Origin: Parasitella parasitica NRRL 2501
Taxonomy: Eukaryota; Fungi; Mucoromycota
Assembly: GCA_025201805.1 (NCBI GenBank)
Contig: MU619273.1
Coordinates: 124,001-188,000, forward strand
Direction: 5' to 3'
Length of the DNA stretch: 64,000 nt
Notes under the pieces: generated by a model
Told to the model about the DNA's origin: nothing
The model's database searches: none
Seen by the model: the letters and a program-made list of their open reading frames with translations, nothing else
Position numbers and translations under genes: made by a program
Part shown: positions 1 to 13,492 of the stretch, piece by piece
Numbering within the stretch: position 1 is the stretch's first letter
Layout: every line of letters starts with the position of its first letter

Positions 1-171
1 GTACCAGGTAGGGTTCTCTATATCCAATTGCACAGTAGAAGAGCTAAGCAAATCTGTGCCAACTTTTCTATAATATTCGAAAGGTTCAAAAGTGTGTGTC
101 TTTTGCGAAGCCAGTTACGTAAATTTCAGGCGCCTAATTTTCTTTTTTGGATCTTCAGTATGTTATTGTCA

Positions 172-191
172 NNNNNNNNNNNNNNNNNNNN
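172..191. other. Assembly gap (20 N)
   Basis: Run of n characters. Confidence 0.99.
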
Positions 192-2159
192 ACGAAAACA
201 ATGCTTGGTGATCTCAAACACAAAAAAAGTAATGCACTACACTATAAGACACGTTTTAGTTACACATTTGCATAGTTTAGAGCAAGTTTTCTGTACTTTT
301 CAAGTTGGCATCAGATGAAAGGAAGCAATTTTTTTGACTTTTTTTCGGAAAAGTATTTTTAAAAATCGGAGCGTGAGATCGTCAAGCCAGATAAAAACAT
401 GTAAGTACTACCATTAGAAAGCCAAAAAGCACAACATTTGAATAAGCTAAGTTACAGTTGTTTTTCTCTTGAACTGGGTAAGCTGTGGCTATTCAAAGCT
501 AATGCTTCCTTCAAAAAAAAAAGGCACCGTTTTTCTTTGATAGCGGAGATTAAATGCATCCAAAATTAGGAAGAAAAAATTCTTTCAAAAACTCCATTTG
601 GACAATTAGAAAACAAAATTACTTTTTTAAGACAAGATATCATCCTCTGATACTATGCATACCACGGCTGTCAGTCTATGATAATAGCTGTATTTTTGGA
701 CGCTCTAAACGATGGTATTATTTCATAATTCTCGTATGCTTATGGAAGGAGTTGTGTCGAGAAAACCTCAAAACAGATTAAGAGAGAAAAGTCAATATTT
801 TGCTTAATCAGAGCGCATTTGCAGTCTTTCAGATCATAGAATGACCTTTCACGATCATTTTCTTCCAATATATGCTATAGTAAAAAGTTGGATTTTTGGG
901 GTCAAAATTGAGGATAATGCGTAATCGATGATTTTGGATGTGTGGATACAAGGAAAAAATCGAAAAAATCCATGATTTTGCATCGAAAAAAAAAATCATG
1001 CTCAAATTGCACCAAAATCATATATAATATAGTTATTTCCCAAAGGATACTATTTCTGGTGTTTTTAGGGCACTTTTGATTATGAAAATTAGTCAAAAAT
1101 GGCATGCGAAGCTGAATTTTTTGCTTTTAAGCTGCAAAAATATCTACTTGGAGGTGATATCTCGTCAATATTAATTTTAGTACATGACACAGCTCTATAA
1201 AAATAAGTATTTTTAATGCTGCAAGTATACCTTTCTTCATAATAATATGATAAAACAGGTGCGGCTCATCGAGTTGGAAGCAGAAGAGGATAATTAATGT
1301 AATTACCCCTTGCCATTTGTCAAAGTTGCTAATTGCTATTGACAGAGAAGCCGTGTTACCCTTGTTGCTTTGAATAATGATTAATGTCAGTTGAAGAGTT
1401 CCTTTTTTTATGTTTCTAATGCTAAGCATGTAAAATAGAGAGTGAAGTAGAGGCTGGGATTGAGGTTGAGAGTAATTTTACTGCAAAATTGAGCTTCATA
1501 ATAAGCTTCTGGTAGATTCCAGGTTCCAGACACTGTACTGTAGAGTATTACATTCTGAACAGGGGATAAATAAAGCTTACTTGGAGGTCTAATTTCTAAA
1601 GGATATGTCAGAAATAACTTACCAACATGTAGACTTTATGGAATTCAAACAATATTGTATTATGGACTGTTGGTGATTGTTCAGTTTCAATCTCTGAAGT
1701 ACATGTCGACATGTTGATAACGCGTTTTGATTGTATTGAAATATGGGATAATCTAAAATAGAAATCTAAAATTGTGATTGTCCCTACTTGAAATAAAAGG
1801 TTTGTTATCAAAGACCCTAATGTATATCATCACAAACACCTGACATTAATCATTTACTTGAACCTTTTTTTTTTTTTTTCAGAAACCATAAAAATATTGA
1901 CTTTTGTAAAATGACTAGGGATTCAGTAATAAGTTATAGGTTAGCAAGTTAGTTCAGCAAATCACTGCTTAAATAACATTCACATCTGCTTTAGACATTA
2001 GCAAACATTCAGGGCGAGGCAGAAAGTATAACACATTACTGTCATCTTGAAATATATTGATATTAGAAACTGCTTCTTTTGAATAGAATAGATGAAAATA
2101 CGATATTAAAATTTTTTAGTTTGTCAAATACATACACATTAATGAATAACCCTTAGATC

Positions 2160-2490
2160 AAATAGTTGTTAGATGCACATCTTGCGGAAGAGAAGGTCCT
2201 ACCGTAGAAGAAGAACTCACGAAGATTGTCCTATGAAACCAAGAAAAATGATCAACCCGAGTATGTTTTACGTTACCCTGAAATTTAGTATATCAAAAAA
2301 AGAATGAATACATTGTTATGTATGCGATGACATTCAACCTTGGATTCGATCAGGGACGGTTGCCATGACAACTGAGTGGTACTCACGGAATTCTATGGAT
2401 ACAATGCATACACTTGGAAGCAATAAAATTTCATTTATTTTGGAGACTGGCAGCCTCGAAGAGCGAGATGAATCCAACTTGTAAATACAT
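2160..2490 (+). mobile_element. Degraded Helitron-like N-terminal relic
   Basis: Frameshifted translation VRCTSCGREG/RRRRTHEDCPMKP (zinc-knuckle-like), then MDT.CIHLEA and SK..NP remnants. These resemble the Cys-rich N-terminus of fungal Helitron RepHel proteins. Several stops and frameshifts. Confidence 0.35.
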
Positions 2491-2676
2491 AATTTTTGAT
2501 TAGTAGTGTTAACAATTGAAATTAGGTTTTAACATTGACGATGAATCAGATTTGCATTAGAACAAGAACTTTATTGGGCGGGGGGGGGGGCAGGTTTGTC
2601 TTTCTTAAACTATTAAAACTATATTACTTTGTTATATTTATACACATGTTTACTGATATTTAAGGGTCTTATACAA

Positions 2677-5534
2677 TTAACGCATGCGTCTCAAGTGTTC
2701 TGCGAAATTATTGTGATAGTCGTTTTGAGCATTTTCGGAATCATCAAATGATCGTTTACGATGTAAAGACGAGTTTGACCGGAATTGCCCATGAGGAGAC
2801 TGTGATAGTGATTTTGATGGGATTGCTAATGCGGTATAGGGGGTTGAGATGTTGGGCGCAGAGGTATCATTAATGTTGCTGCGGGTATATTTTGCGGCAG
2901 AAGATATGTTTGATGTCATGGATGAAGACGATATTTGAGTCAAGTCTGAGCCTTGTCCAATAATAGCCTGATGTGTGTATTTAAAGTGTTTTGTGGAAAC
3001 ACAGTTATGATCGTCTTCCAAGTCATCAAAAGATCGTTTGCGACGTGAGAGTAAGTTTTGCATTTTCTCGTTGCCAGGCAATTGCTCACAAGGGGAATGT
3101 GGTGATAGTGATGATGATGATGACGGTGATGTTGATGTTGATGTTGATGGGGTTGCTGATGCAGTATATGCGGTCGAAATGACAGGCTCAATGATGTTAT
3201 TCGGGTTGCTGCGGGTATCACTTGCAGAAGGGTATAGTTTGTCAGCTGAGGTTTGTACTTGAGCGAAGCGAGCATTTTCTCTAGTGGTTCTGTTTTCGAA
3301 AATTCGTTTTTTTGTGGTTTCAATAATCTTGTGTGAGCTTCGAAGTTTTTGGAATGAAATAAACTCTTGACGTTGATCCATATAAAATGAAGTAAATTCA
3401 GAACGTGATGGAGGGGTTTTCCAATGGAGGATACTAGTAGATGACGAAGATTGCCTATACTCTAGATCTTTTGGGCGTTCATTCGGCTTGGTTACAGGGC
3501 CTCTACGAGTAGGAACAGAATCTATATCGCTGGTATTGGTGATGCCAAGATGGTCGGTGAAAGACGATGAAGTGCAATGTCCCGAGGCTTTCAAGCGTTG
3601 TAAAGGCCTTATATTAGGGCTTGATTTGTTTCTTGGCAAAACGCCGTGTCGCAAGTAAAATGCATCCAATCGATCACTTTTAGACCATACAGCCAGTTTT
3701 TGCTCATTAGTCTTGTCTGCAGAATCCGCCAAAATAGTGGTTTCAGCAGCTGTTGGTTGAGGATTGATCCTAGGAGAAGCAGCCGTTCGTTGCGACGATT
3801 CAATAAGTTCTTTGTCTGTAGAGAAATTTGAGGCAGAGGCAGCTGCTGTTCTGACAATTTTTTGTTTTGAAGATTTAGTAGGTATTTTTTCTGCATTGTC
3901 ATCTGTAAGACCGTTTGTGGTAACTGTAGAGACAGAGCTGATCATGGGGGAGACAGTGCACATGCTGTTTACTTTTTGCTGCGATGACTCGCAGAAGGTC
4001 TGTTCTTTATCTTTGTGTGTAGAGACCTTCAAGACCATTTTTGAAGCAGCCGCTGGTATATGGTTAACAATGCGAGAAGCAATTGGTGATCTTTCAACTC
4101 TTGCTTGTTGCGATGATATGTCTCCCAATGGCTCTGCATTATGAGCTTTGCTTCTTGGTGATTTTGATAAGATTGGTGATTTCGTCAACACTGGCGATTT
4201 TGGCGATTTTGATTCAGGAGACTCGGGGGAGGGCTATATTACAGATTAGTCTGCTGCCATAATAATAGATGATTTAAAGATGCAACTCACAGAAATATTC
4301 TCTTTAACGGTATCAATAAAAGCAATGAACTCTTCTGTAATAGCTTCATTCAATGGTTCATTCTTTGGCTTTGACTTGGGAATAAGTTTGTTGACACGAA
4401 ATATAGTAGAGTCTTGTACAGCAGGAATTTTGCCCAGTTTCAGCATGTCTTGGCGGAAGCAGTTGGCTGGAAGAGGGTTTGAACGGATGTAACACATTTC
4501 ATCAATGTCGTAGACCCATTGGTGGAGAAAACCGAGGTTAGCAAGATAAAAGTTCTCGATGTAATCACTGGGAAAGTTTTTTTTAAGCTTGAATTTCAAC
4601 CAGTTTAGAGAATGATCCGTATTTTTGTTGCTATCGAATTGCTTGAGTATGGTTCTCAAGCCAATCCCTTTGAGTGATGGCAAGTAATCACAGCCAGATA
4701 AGATACAGATATGACGGAATTTTTCCACGTCATAACCTCGAAAGATGCTTGCATTACTATTCAATACTTGATCCAAAGATATTTCTACCCCGTTGCCGTA
4801 TCGATCAATCTTATAGATACATTTTTTGCACCCAAAAGCCAAAAGGTCAGAGTCTTCAGTGACAACTGCATCTGCCTTTCCTGTTCTAACCAAGTGTGTA
4901 AGTTGCGCATCTGCCTCGTTTGGCGCTACAATACATTGGACCTTCTTGGCAATTAATATCTGAAAAAAAAAAGGAACTAAGTTTCGTGCTGCATTGGTGG
5001 AAACAGACAACTTACTCTGATAATAGCATTAATAATGTCATCAGTAATGGTTACAGCTTGTTGGAAGGATTTCTCGGCCTCAGCATGTTTTCCTTGCTTG
5101 TAAAGAGCATGGCCTTCTTTCAAAGCATTATTGCGAAGGCTGGGAATAAAAAGGAAATGCTCAGTTACAGTGTTCAAGCAGAGCGTATGATATTTACCGG
5201 CAACGTTCATCGTTAGTAACTTTTTTGAGAGGGAGAGGCAAGCCATCAAACACGACAATAGGAGTGACACCGTGAAATTCAAATAGGCCAATATAGTGCA
5301 TAAAATGTGTGACATATCTACGCATAACAAGGTTGGATATCATTGTCAAAAGAAATCAAAGCTCGGATCTTACGAGTCTGTAGGCTGCTTTAACGCAAGA
5401 TTTGTAGCAGCACCAAAACAACCGCGATGAAGGATGCAATGACCATCAATGGCAACCGTTTTACCTTTATAGCTTGAGATGTTTATTTCTTTTTCAACTG
5501 GACGTAGAGATTGTAATAATCCTTTTATTCCCAT
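2677..5534 (-). CDS. EXO1: Exonuclease 1 (XPG/FEN1 family), 5 exons, long low-complexity C-terminus
   Basis: Starts MGIKGLLQSLRPVEKEINISSYKGKTVAIDGHCILH at 5534. Spliced exons give VVFDG.PLKK.TNDER, APNEADAQL, TEDSDLLAFGC and ILSGCDYLPSLKGIGL. The acidic catalytic residues are present and the GT-AG introns restore frame. Confidence 0.93.
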
Positions 5535-6332
5535 GATAAAGAATTGCTTTCAATTAGTTGGTATAGTTTATGATGAAAAAAAAAAAAAAAAAAAAAAAAA
5601 GAGATGCCAACGCGTTTGCCAGGAAGCGTCACGTCAAGTGAGGTTTGCTATATGTACACACCACAACATGTTGTGTATAGTAGATAACAGTTACTCTAGA
5701 GTAGATTCCAGTCAGCCACACTGGCATCGTGTCGCCTTTAATTGGATGATACCTAAACTTTCCATGTCGAAAAGCTGCATCATTCAAGAGAAACATCCTA
5801 CAGAAATTTCTCTCCTGCAGTTGCATGGACATCGCCATTTATTTGATTGTATATTTAATATAGAAAAATACTGCAATATAAAAGTGTCTAGATTCAGGGA
5901 CATTTTGATACGAAAACTGTTGAATCCACTTTCTAAAGCAACGCTGTACACTTTTTCAATAATTTTAGTCGTCTTTTTCTCAAGACTACAATATGTTGAT
6001 TTAATAGAGCCCCCAAGCTAAAAATAACAGTAGGTCTCTAATACAAGTTGCTTATTTCCCAGCTCTATTTCCTTTTATCCAAAACTTCTTCCCCTTGACC
6101 CAAAATCTTGAACAATCTGTGCAGTCCTACCCAAAAAAGAAAGTTTGCCAATCAATGCAGGATCCCCGAGTCAACAGGTTTATATTTGGATGATTCCGTC
6201 AATTTTTTTAAAGGTGTGGCAAAGCTGGATGAGCCCATTTTTAGCAATTTGTGTTGTATACTCCCCAATTTCATCGTGACAAAATGATTTGCACATAAGT
6301 TTTATTGCTGTTGATTAGAGAACATATGAAAA

Positions 6333-6432
6333 NNNNNNNNNNNNNNNNNNNNNNNNNNNNNNNNNNNNNNNNNNNNNNNNNNNNNNNNNNNNNNNNNNNN
6401 NNNNNNNNNNNNNNNNNNNNNNNNNNNNNNNN
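6333..6432. other. Assembly gap (100 N)
   Basis: Run of n characters. Confidence 0.99.
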
Positions 6433-6648
6433 AACTTTATGGTAAGGGTATTTTTTTTTTCGAGTATTTTGTTGGTTTCTGCATGTTTTTTTTTCGAGCA
6501 AACTGTATTCACTGAGTGATAAATAAAGGGAGAAAGATAGACAAATAGAGAGAACACCTTGATTTGAGCTGCTAAAAGGAGAAAAAGAGGAAAACGACAA
6601 CAATTACATGACAAAAACGGGATATAGCAATAGATCGAGTACGTGTGT

Positions 6649-7752
6649 TTACAGCATGTTGAGTTGCTCAGCAATAGCATTTTTATCAAACCCGGCTTCC
6701 ATTAAATTCTTGACAAGGTCAGCTTTTGCTTTGACTCGCTTGGTCAATTCTTTTTCAATCAATAGCTGATCTCTTTCCATTCGTTTTTCTCGCAGAAACT
6801 GTAACATGTCTTGAGATCGCTTCATTCTACCTGCTTCCTTTTCACGTGTAACTTGTAATAAAGATTCGGCAAGAAAAGATGGCTGTGTTTGTTGTTGTTG
6901 TTGCTGATGTGATGACACAGAGAATGTGTTAGACAATGAAGATGTGTTGGAGGAATTAGGATGAATGATAGGGGAAGGTAATACTCGTGGTAGTGGACGA
7001 ATAATAGCCGGCTGATGCTGTTGAGGTTGTGGGAGATGATGCTGTTGCTGGTGTTGATGCTGTTGCTGTAGTAACGGCTGCTGATGATATTGTACGTTTG
7101 AGGCAGGTAAAGATTGGGTGGAGTGTGTTGTGCTGGCTGAATCAGATGTGTTATCGACAGAAGATCTTGTAGGATGTAGTGTACTGTCACTTAAACGGCG
7201 CTTTCTTTTGACTGGTGATGCGAGAGAGTCGTCGTCCTCGTCAAATCCATACTCTTCTTGCTTTATATGAAATAATTCTTCCTCTTCAGAAGCATGCATA
7301 ATGCTGCTGATAGACATTGGCCAGGCAGAAGTCCGATTGCTGTTGAATACTTCATTTAAAGCGTCCCAGTAGGGAAATCGTTTTAGGAGCTCTTCATGGA
7401 TGCTCTCTTCAGTTGCGCCCGTTTCGAGTAGCTTCTTGCCGTCTACTTCTTTCCATTCACGAGCTAAGCGGTAATTACTCTGCAATGTGGATATTTTTGA
7501 TGCAACATCTTTTGCTAGGCGATGGTAAATGCCGACTTCTCTCATTTGCTCGATGATGCTTTCAAGCAGAGATTTCTTGGGGATTCTTTCACAGTCATCT
7601 CCTTTCCATTTAGCGTAATTCGCTTTCTTTGACAACCAGTTGACGAGGACATCCATAGAGGAAGGCCCGCCGTTGACACCATCTTTCAACCAACTCTTGT
7701 ATGGTTTCTTTCCTTTCGACGTGGCGGATGAATAAGGTGCCATCATGATCAT
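6649..7752 (-). CDS. Myb/SANT-like (trihelix/MADF-type) DNA-binding protein with Q-rich linker and C-terminal coiled coil; intronless
   Basis: 367-aa ORF. N-terminal pattern SW..DG..G.SSMDVLVNWL....NY.KWKG...R...DVASKISTLQSNY...KRFPYWDALNEVF, a basic NLS-like PVKRKRR, and a charged C-terminal helix. Confidence 0.75.
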   Translation of the reverse strand: MIMMAPYSSATSKGKKPYKSWLKDGVNGGPSSMDVLVNWLSKKANYAKWKGDDCERIPKKSLLESIIEQMREVGIYHRLAKDVASKISTLQSNYRLAREWKEVDGKKLLETGATEESIHEELLKRFPYWDALNEVFNSNRTSAWPMSISSIMHASEEEELFHIKQEEYGFDEDDDSLASPVKRKRRLSDSTLHPTRSSVDNTSDSASTTHSTQSLPASNVQYHQQPLLQQQHQHQQQHHLPQPQQHQPAIIRPLPRVLPSPIIHPNSSNTSSLSNTFSVSSHQQQQQQTQPSFLAESLLQVTREKEAGRMKRSQDMLQFLREKRMERDQLLIEKELTKRVKAKADLVKNLMEAGFDKNAIAEQLNML

Positions 7753-8341
7753 TTATCTTTAGTTTCTTTTCTTAAGCTTTATTAAAATACAGGGAAATCA
7801 AGGGGAAGATAATATAAAACGCAGAAAAAAAATAAAGAGAGAGAGAGAGAAAGGAACTTGAGAAATGCGAGAAAATGGTTTATTTTTATATCATTAAAGG
7901 AACAAAAAAAATCAAAACCAATCAACCGTCGATCTTTTTTTTTTTTGCTGTTGTAAAATTCTGTTTAAAAAGGCTATTTCTGCCTGTTGGCAAAAATATG
8001 ATCGGCCATTCTACCATTCAACCATTGGTTCCTCTCGATGTGCTGGGCAGAAAGGTCAGTTTGGCTGGATTTGCCCATCTTAAAAATGCAAGATTACTTG
8101 AACTTCTTACGCATCCTTGTGTGAAAATTGCAGTAAAACCCATCCTTCATTCGTGTATAATTATTTACTGTGCAATATTTATCTTTCCTGACGAGACATT
8201 ATAAGCGGAGTAGCGCTTTTAAAGATGAATTTCAGCAGAAAAACATGTAGATCTTCTTTTTTTATTTTTAATATATATTGGCTTCGAACTCTTTCGACAA
8301 AGTCTAGAACATCGAACGTCGATTTTACACACTACTTTTTT

Positions 8342-8381
<40 letters not shown>

Positions 8382-11332
8382 TAGTAAAGAAATATACTAT
8401 GATTGAGCGTGATGTGATGATGAATTACATTGCTGTCTAACGCTAAAAAAATAACTAAACGAATTGTGCAACATGCACTAAAATATTTTATGATTCAATG
8501 CAAAAAAAAGGCCTTTCTTGGCGTAAAAGAGTGCAATTTACTTTTTAGGATGGTTCCTACATGTTATGCATTGGCATTGGAGAATTAAAATGCAAGGGAT
8601 ATTTATAAAAAAAAAACCCCCAAAAAGCGGCTTTATTAGCGTTCAACAGGTTCATGTTCAATGGTTACGGTTTACCTAAATGATTTAATGTAGATAGTCT
8701 TGGGGCCAATCAAATGTTGATTCAAATTTCTGTACCACACTCGTAAATCATTATATTTATCTGTCTATATAAGTAACAATCCTCTGCTTATTAGTGACAA
8801 CTGATCGAACATCAGCCAAAGCCATGTGAAGCCCACGGCTGATGACTAATTCGTCATTACATGTAATTACTTGGTCAATTAGCGATATATTGAACTCTTT
8901 GGGTTACTATATTTTCTTTATAAAGAAAACACTGTTTATATATTATATATCGAAGAATCACACTCGAAGGAGATCCCGTCTCAATGACAACACCATTAGT
9001 AAGAATTAAATCCGGCATCTAATTAAAATTCTGTGGTATGCGCGGTATTAAATATGAATTCATGATACATACTAATAAAACCAGTCGCCATTAGCTATAT
9101 ACTCCATGTAATATGACTGAAATAAGAATGTCCAAAGATGTTTGACAGCTGTACCCTAGAAAGCAGGGGGGTACAAAGCTCTCGCTTTATCCTAGTACCC
9201 AGGGGTTACATTAGTATTCAGGAACGCTTTACCATAAAAGAACGTTGAGCCGTCTGCAATTACTGTACCTATTTGCAGTAAAAAATATGAATATGAAAAA
9301 GCATGCCATGTTATTATCCGCTTGCTTTCGACTTCAGAATAATTGCTACTAATATTTAATTGCTACATTGCAAACTTGCTTGAAATGAACCTAAATTTAA
9401 GATTGCATGTTGCTGATGCATATTTCTGCCGTATCCCAGAATTGAATGACCCAATCTCGGGTCATCAAGGCTATGCATCAACCTACTGGCAAAATATCCA
9501 ACCGATATTTTCTCTTCTTTTTTTTTTAAAAAAAATCTGCATTTTGATGACATTGAACAAATTTTCTAGTTATTATTGGACATTTGTGAATCAATAGATT
9601 GTTTTTGTTTTTATAAAAAACGGAGGCGGCTCTAATGATTAAGTCATCATGTTGCAACATTCAAAAGCGTCCTAGTAGATAACAGTTTATCGACTCGAAT
9701 ATGGGATGATGTTAGGCTTGGACTAAGAAAAAAGGAGATCGAACTGATAAAAACGATATGCGTAGTGTGTGGTGAAAACAATAAGACATATTACTCTAGG
9801 TATCAGTTATATGAATTAAATGTACCATCCTTGTAGCTTGCAGTCTTTCAAGTCTTGAGCCGTCGAAGAAATGGTGATATTCAAAAAAAGAGGCTTGCAG
9901 GATATTTCTTCAATCACAAGATAGATTGCATGCAATCGAATCATTTCCATACACTAATGAATGATATGCATCACTATTGTTGCAGACATCTAAATCTAGA
10001 GCACCTGATTTGAATTGTGCAAAGCTTGCTACTACAACTACTGCAAACAATTAAAACCCAGTCAATAGGAATTCTTTATTTTCGCTCAGTTTGTGTTTTT
10101 TGAATAGAAAGCGCTACTTTGAAGGTAGTATACTGGCCGAATTGTATCAATAAAGTTGAGTAAAAGCAATGGCTAATAAACTAGACGGTAGGTTTCTTTT
10201 TGGTAGTAGTCTCATGTCGTAAAAGTGTCAAACAATTGCACGCTCCGATTTTGAAGTCTGAACTTTTTGAATGTCAGAGTAAAGTTGTCAAGTGCATATC
10301 AATTCTCTGAAATGCAAAGAAATAGCAAGTAACCTATATAAAATTAGTATCAAAAGTTTCATCAGAGCTTACTGCATCTGATAGGTTAAATTTAGCTTTG
10401 AAATAAAGACATTTTAGTCGCATCCAGATTGGTGCGCTTGTTGAGCAGGTGTTTGGAAAGATACCCGTTACGGGTATTGCCTACGTGGGGCTGCTAACTA
10501 ACTTTAATAAACATATCTGCTGCTGCTGCTGCTGCCGAAGCTTTTTAGCTTGAAAATTTGGCGTAGTAAAAGGCTTCTTTTATGCAAGTTTATTTCTGCG
10601 TCGAAAAATATCTGTAAATTGTAAAAAAAAAAAAAAAAAAAAAAAAAACTATGTATTAGTGTAGGTTATGCTTGTTCCTGGGCAAAAAAAGACTATACAA
10701 CATTCGTGTGAAGGGCTGTAATCATCTCAACCTTCGATTTTTATTCTCAACTTCTATCTGATAGAATAAATAAATAAAAAAATTCTTGTCTTTACTTGCA
10801 TTTACGTACTCGGTGCACTGCGTAAATAATATACGCAGACACACGATAAATTTACGATAAATACACATTATAATATAGTTGAAATAAAGACGGAAAGCAA
10901 AGTCTTTGCCTTTAACAGCAATGCATACAAAAATCTAGCTGCTACTAGCGTTTGAATGGCTTTGTGGTGAAGCTGATTAATTATAAAGTGCTGCATATAT
11001 AATCGTACTTACTTCATAAGAGCGGATAGCACCTGAATTACCTCTTTCATTTTATCATATTGTGGTATATTCTGGACTATACCGCCCGATGCCAGTCTGT
11101 CCATACGCTCTGCATTTTAAACAGTTATATTCAAATTTTTGCGTGGCTGCTTGGTTTTTTTTTTCGTGGAGAATGAGAAGGCCAAACCAGCTTGTAGCTC
11201 TCCAATGCAGAAAGTGATTAATTATTGTGAGAAATCAAGCAACTCAATGCACAAAAAAAGAATCAAGCGGCAATTGAGGTCATCACGAAGCTCTTTACTC
11301 TGCATCCTTCCGAAAAAAAAAATAATCTTGGC

Positions 11333-12440
11333 ATGTCTTCGTTAGTGAATTTCTTCAACAGTATGAGCCTCAAAGGAAATAATGCCAATTTTTCTACTCC
11401 AAGAGCAGCGCAACGTCAACCCTCACCGCCATCACAGCCAAAAAAGATTCACTCAGCCAAACGTGCTGGAAGAAAAAGAACGTCTGAAACGTGTGTCATT
11501 TGCTTCCAACATTGCATCTCTTCGAGCTTTATGAAGGCCGAAAACTGTGAGCATGCAGTGTGTGATTCTTGTCTACGAGCATACTTTCAAAGTGTCTTAA
11601 ATGAGGGACGCTATACATCGTTTGAGCGAATTGAATGCCCAAGTCCTGGTTGCAACGCTACTTTTTTATCAAACAAGGTTACCCAAAACATTTTTACCGA
11701 TCCTCAAAGAAACGACTGGTGGACAATGGCTACGATAAAAGCAAACATTCATAACAAGGTAAGATCCACATTTATCCGTCTGTCAGTAAGGATGCAAAAG
11801 GATTTATCCAAGTGAGATAACTTGATAGGTTGTATGTCCTTTTGCTGATTGTGGAGCCATTTTTGATGCGGATCTCAGCTTGACAAAGAAATGCACCTTT
11901 GTTGAATGCTATGAATGCCATCATGGTTTTTGCTCTGCATGCCAGCAAATATGGCACCCAGGTAAGTATTACTTTTTGTGCAACACTATTGCTAAAAAAA
12001 ATTTTTTTTTTATCAGGAGTAGTCAAGATTGTGGACGATGAGGAAGAAATGAACAAGACCCTGAGCCAGGCAAAAGTAAATCTCTGGACTAGATGTCCCA
12101 AATGCCATCATCTTGTCGAAAAAAGAGTAAGCGACACATTTTCAATTTCACGTTGGTCGAGCCTCTCACTAATACGTACAATGCCATAGGCGGGATGCCT
12201 TACCATATGGTGCTTGTGTGGCACTGAATTGTGAGTAATTCACTTTGACAAAGGTGGTATATGTATATATATATATAGTAAACATTGCGTAGTTGCTACC
12301 GCTGTGGAGGCTACTCATCCGGTCATTCTTGTGCTAACCAGTGCCAGTATCTCTCGAGCGACCATATCAGCACCATCCGCAGTCAAATGTTTACAAGTAC
12401 AACTGCTAATTCGACTAATAAGATCCGAAGAATCAACTGA
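11333..12440 (+). CDS. RBR (RING1-IBR-RING2) E3 ubiquitin ligase, 5 exons
   Basis: RING1 CVIC...CEHAVCDSC...CPSPGC, IBR CPFADC...ECYECHHGFCSACQQIWH, RING2 RCPKCHHLVEKRAGCLTIWCLCGTEFCYRCG. Exons joined by GT-AG introns; TGA ends at 12440. Confidence 0.88.
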
Positions 12441-12687
12441 AATCATGTACTGTAGGCTTTCACAGAACTGAATTTTCATTTGAAACGGCGAATTCCATCA
12501 TGAAAATAAAGTTTTTTTTTTTTATTTTTTTTTATTTTTTTCATACTTAAATAACTGCAAACGATTATCCCTGTGTCCGTTTTCTTTCTTTGTTCTTTTC
12601 TTTCTTTTTTTCCTCTTTCAAAAAAAAAGGAGAAAAATAATAAATAAAACTTAGGGTCATCAATTAATCAAAGATAGAGAGAAATCA

Positions 12688-13461
12688 ATGCCTTCTAATT
12701 TGACTGCATCAAACACACTGGAATCAGATCACAAGCAACAGATTGAATCAGCAGCAAACAAATTGCCTCCACCTTCTGCTCTTTTTGATTTTTACGGTAA
12801 CCCCAAGATGAGCGAACCCGTTTCTCCTAATCCCAGACAAGTCTATATCCTTCCTCCTCCATCCTCATTGCCTGGCTACCATCTCCCACCCCCTCCCACC
12901 GCCATGAGCAGCAGCAGCAATACTAGTAACAACAGCAACATTAGCTATTACCAGCAACACCCCCCACAGCCTCAACCTCACCAGCCGGAATTTCATCCCC
13001 AATATTATTACCCTAGTCCCACTTCCACCAATGCCGGCATCAAAAGAGAACCTAGCTACCCTTCTTCTGGCCCTACCAAGAAGAGAACAAAGAAATCTAC
13101 TGCTGTCACCTCGGCTGCCTCCACTGCTACGGATGACATTTCGGTTGCCGCTGCGACATTGGCTTCGTTTGCCTCTTCAAATGACGAGGATGACGAAGAG
13201 GAATCTCAGGCAGAACTGCAACAACAAGTACAGCCAAGAAAGAAGAGACAATACAACAAGAAATACTCGTCCAAGGAAGATGCATTATCTAAACAACAAG
13301 AAAACCAAGTTCTGGAGGTAAATAAAAAAGAGAAAAAAAAATTTTTTTTTTTCGGGCTAGGGCTAAAAAATTTTCATTTTTCCATAATTATTATATAGGC
13401 AGCAAGAATTTTGATGGATATCTCAAGATGTGTTGTTCGTCCAGTCAGTGTAGCTAATTAA
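12688..13461 (+). CDS. Low-complexity Pro/Ser/Gln-rich putative nuclear protein, 2 exons
   Basis: Long ORF with basic clusters (TKKRTKK, PRKKRQYNKK). Intron 13318-13398 joins to a final exon AARILMDISRCVVRPVSVAN*. Confidence 0.7.
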
Positions 13462-13492
13462 CAAGACCACCTTTTATATATTTATATAAAAG

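Noticed and set aside
1-1850. AT-rich segment with short ORFs and MITE-like texture
   Set aside because: No terminal repeats or protein motifs could be verified, and it contains an assembly gap.
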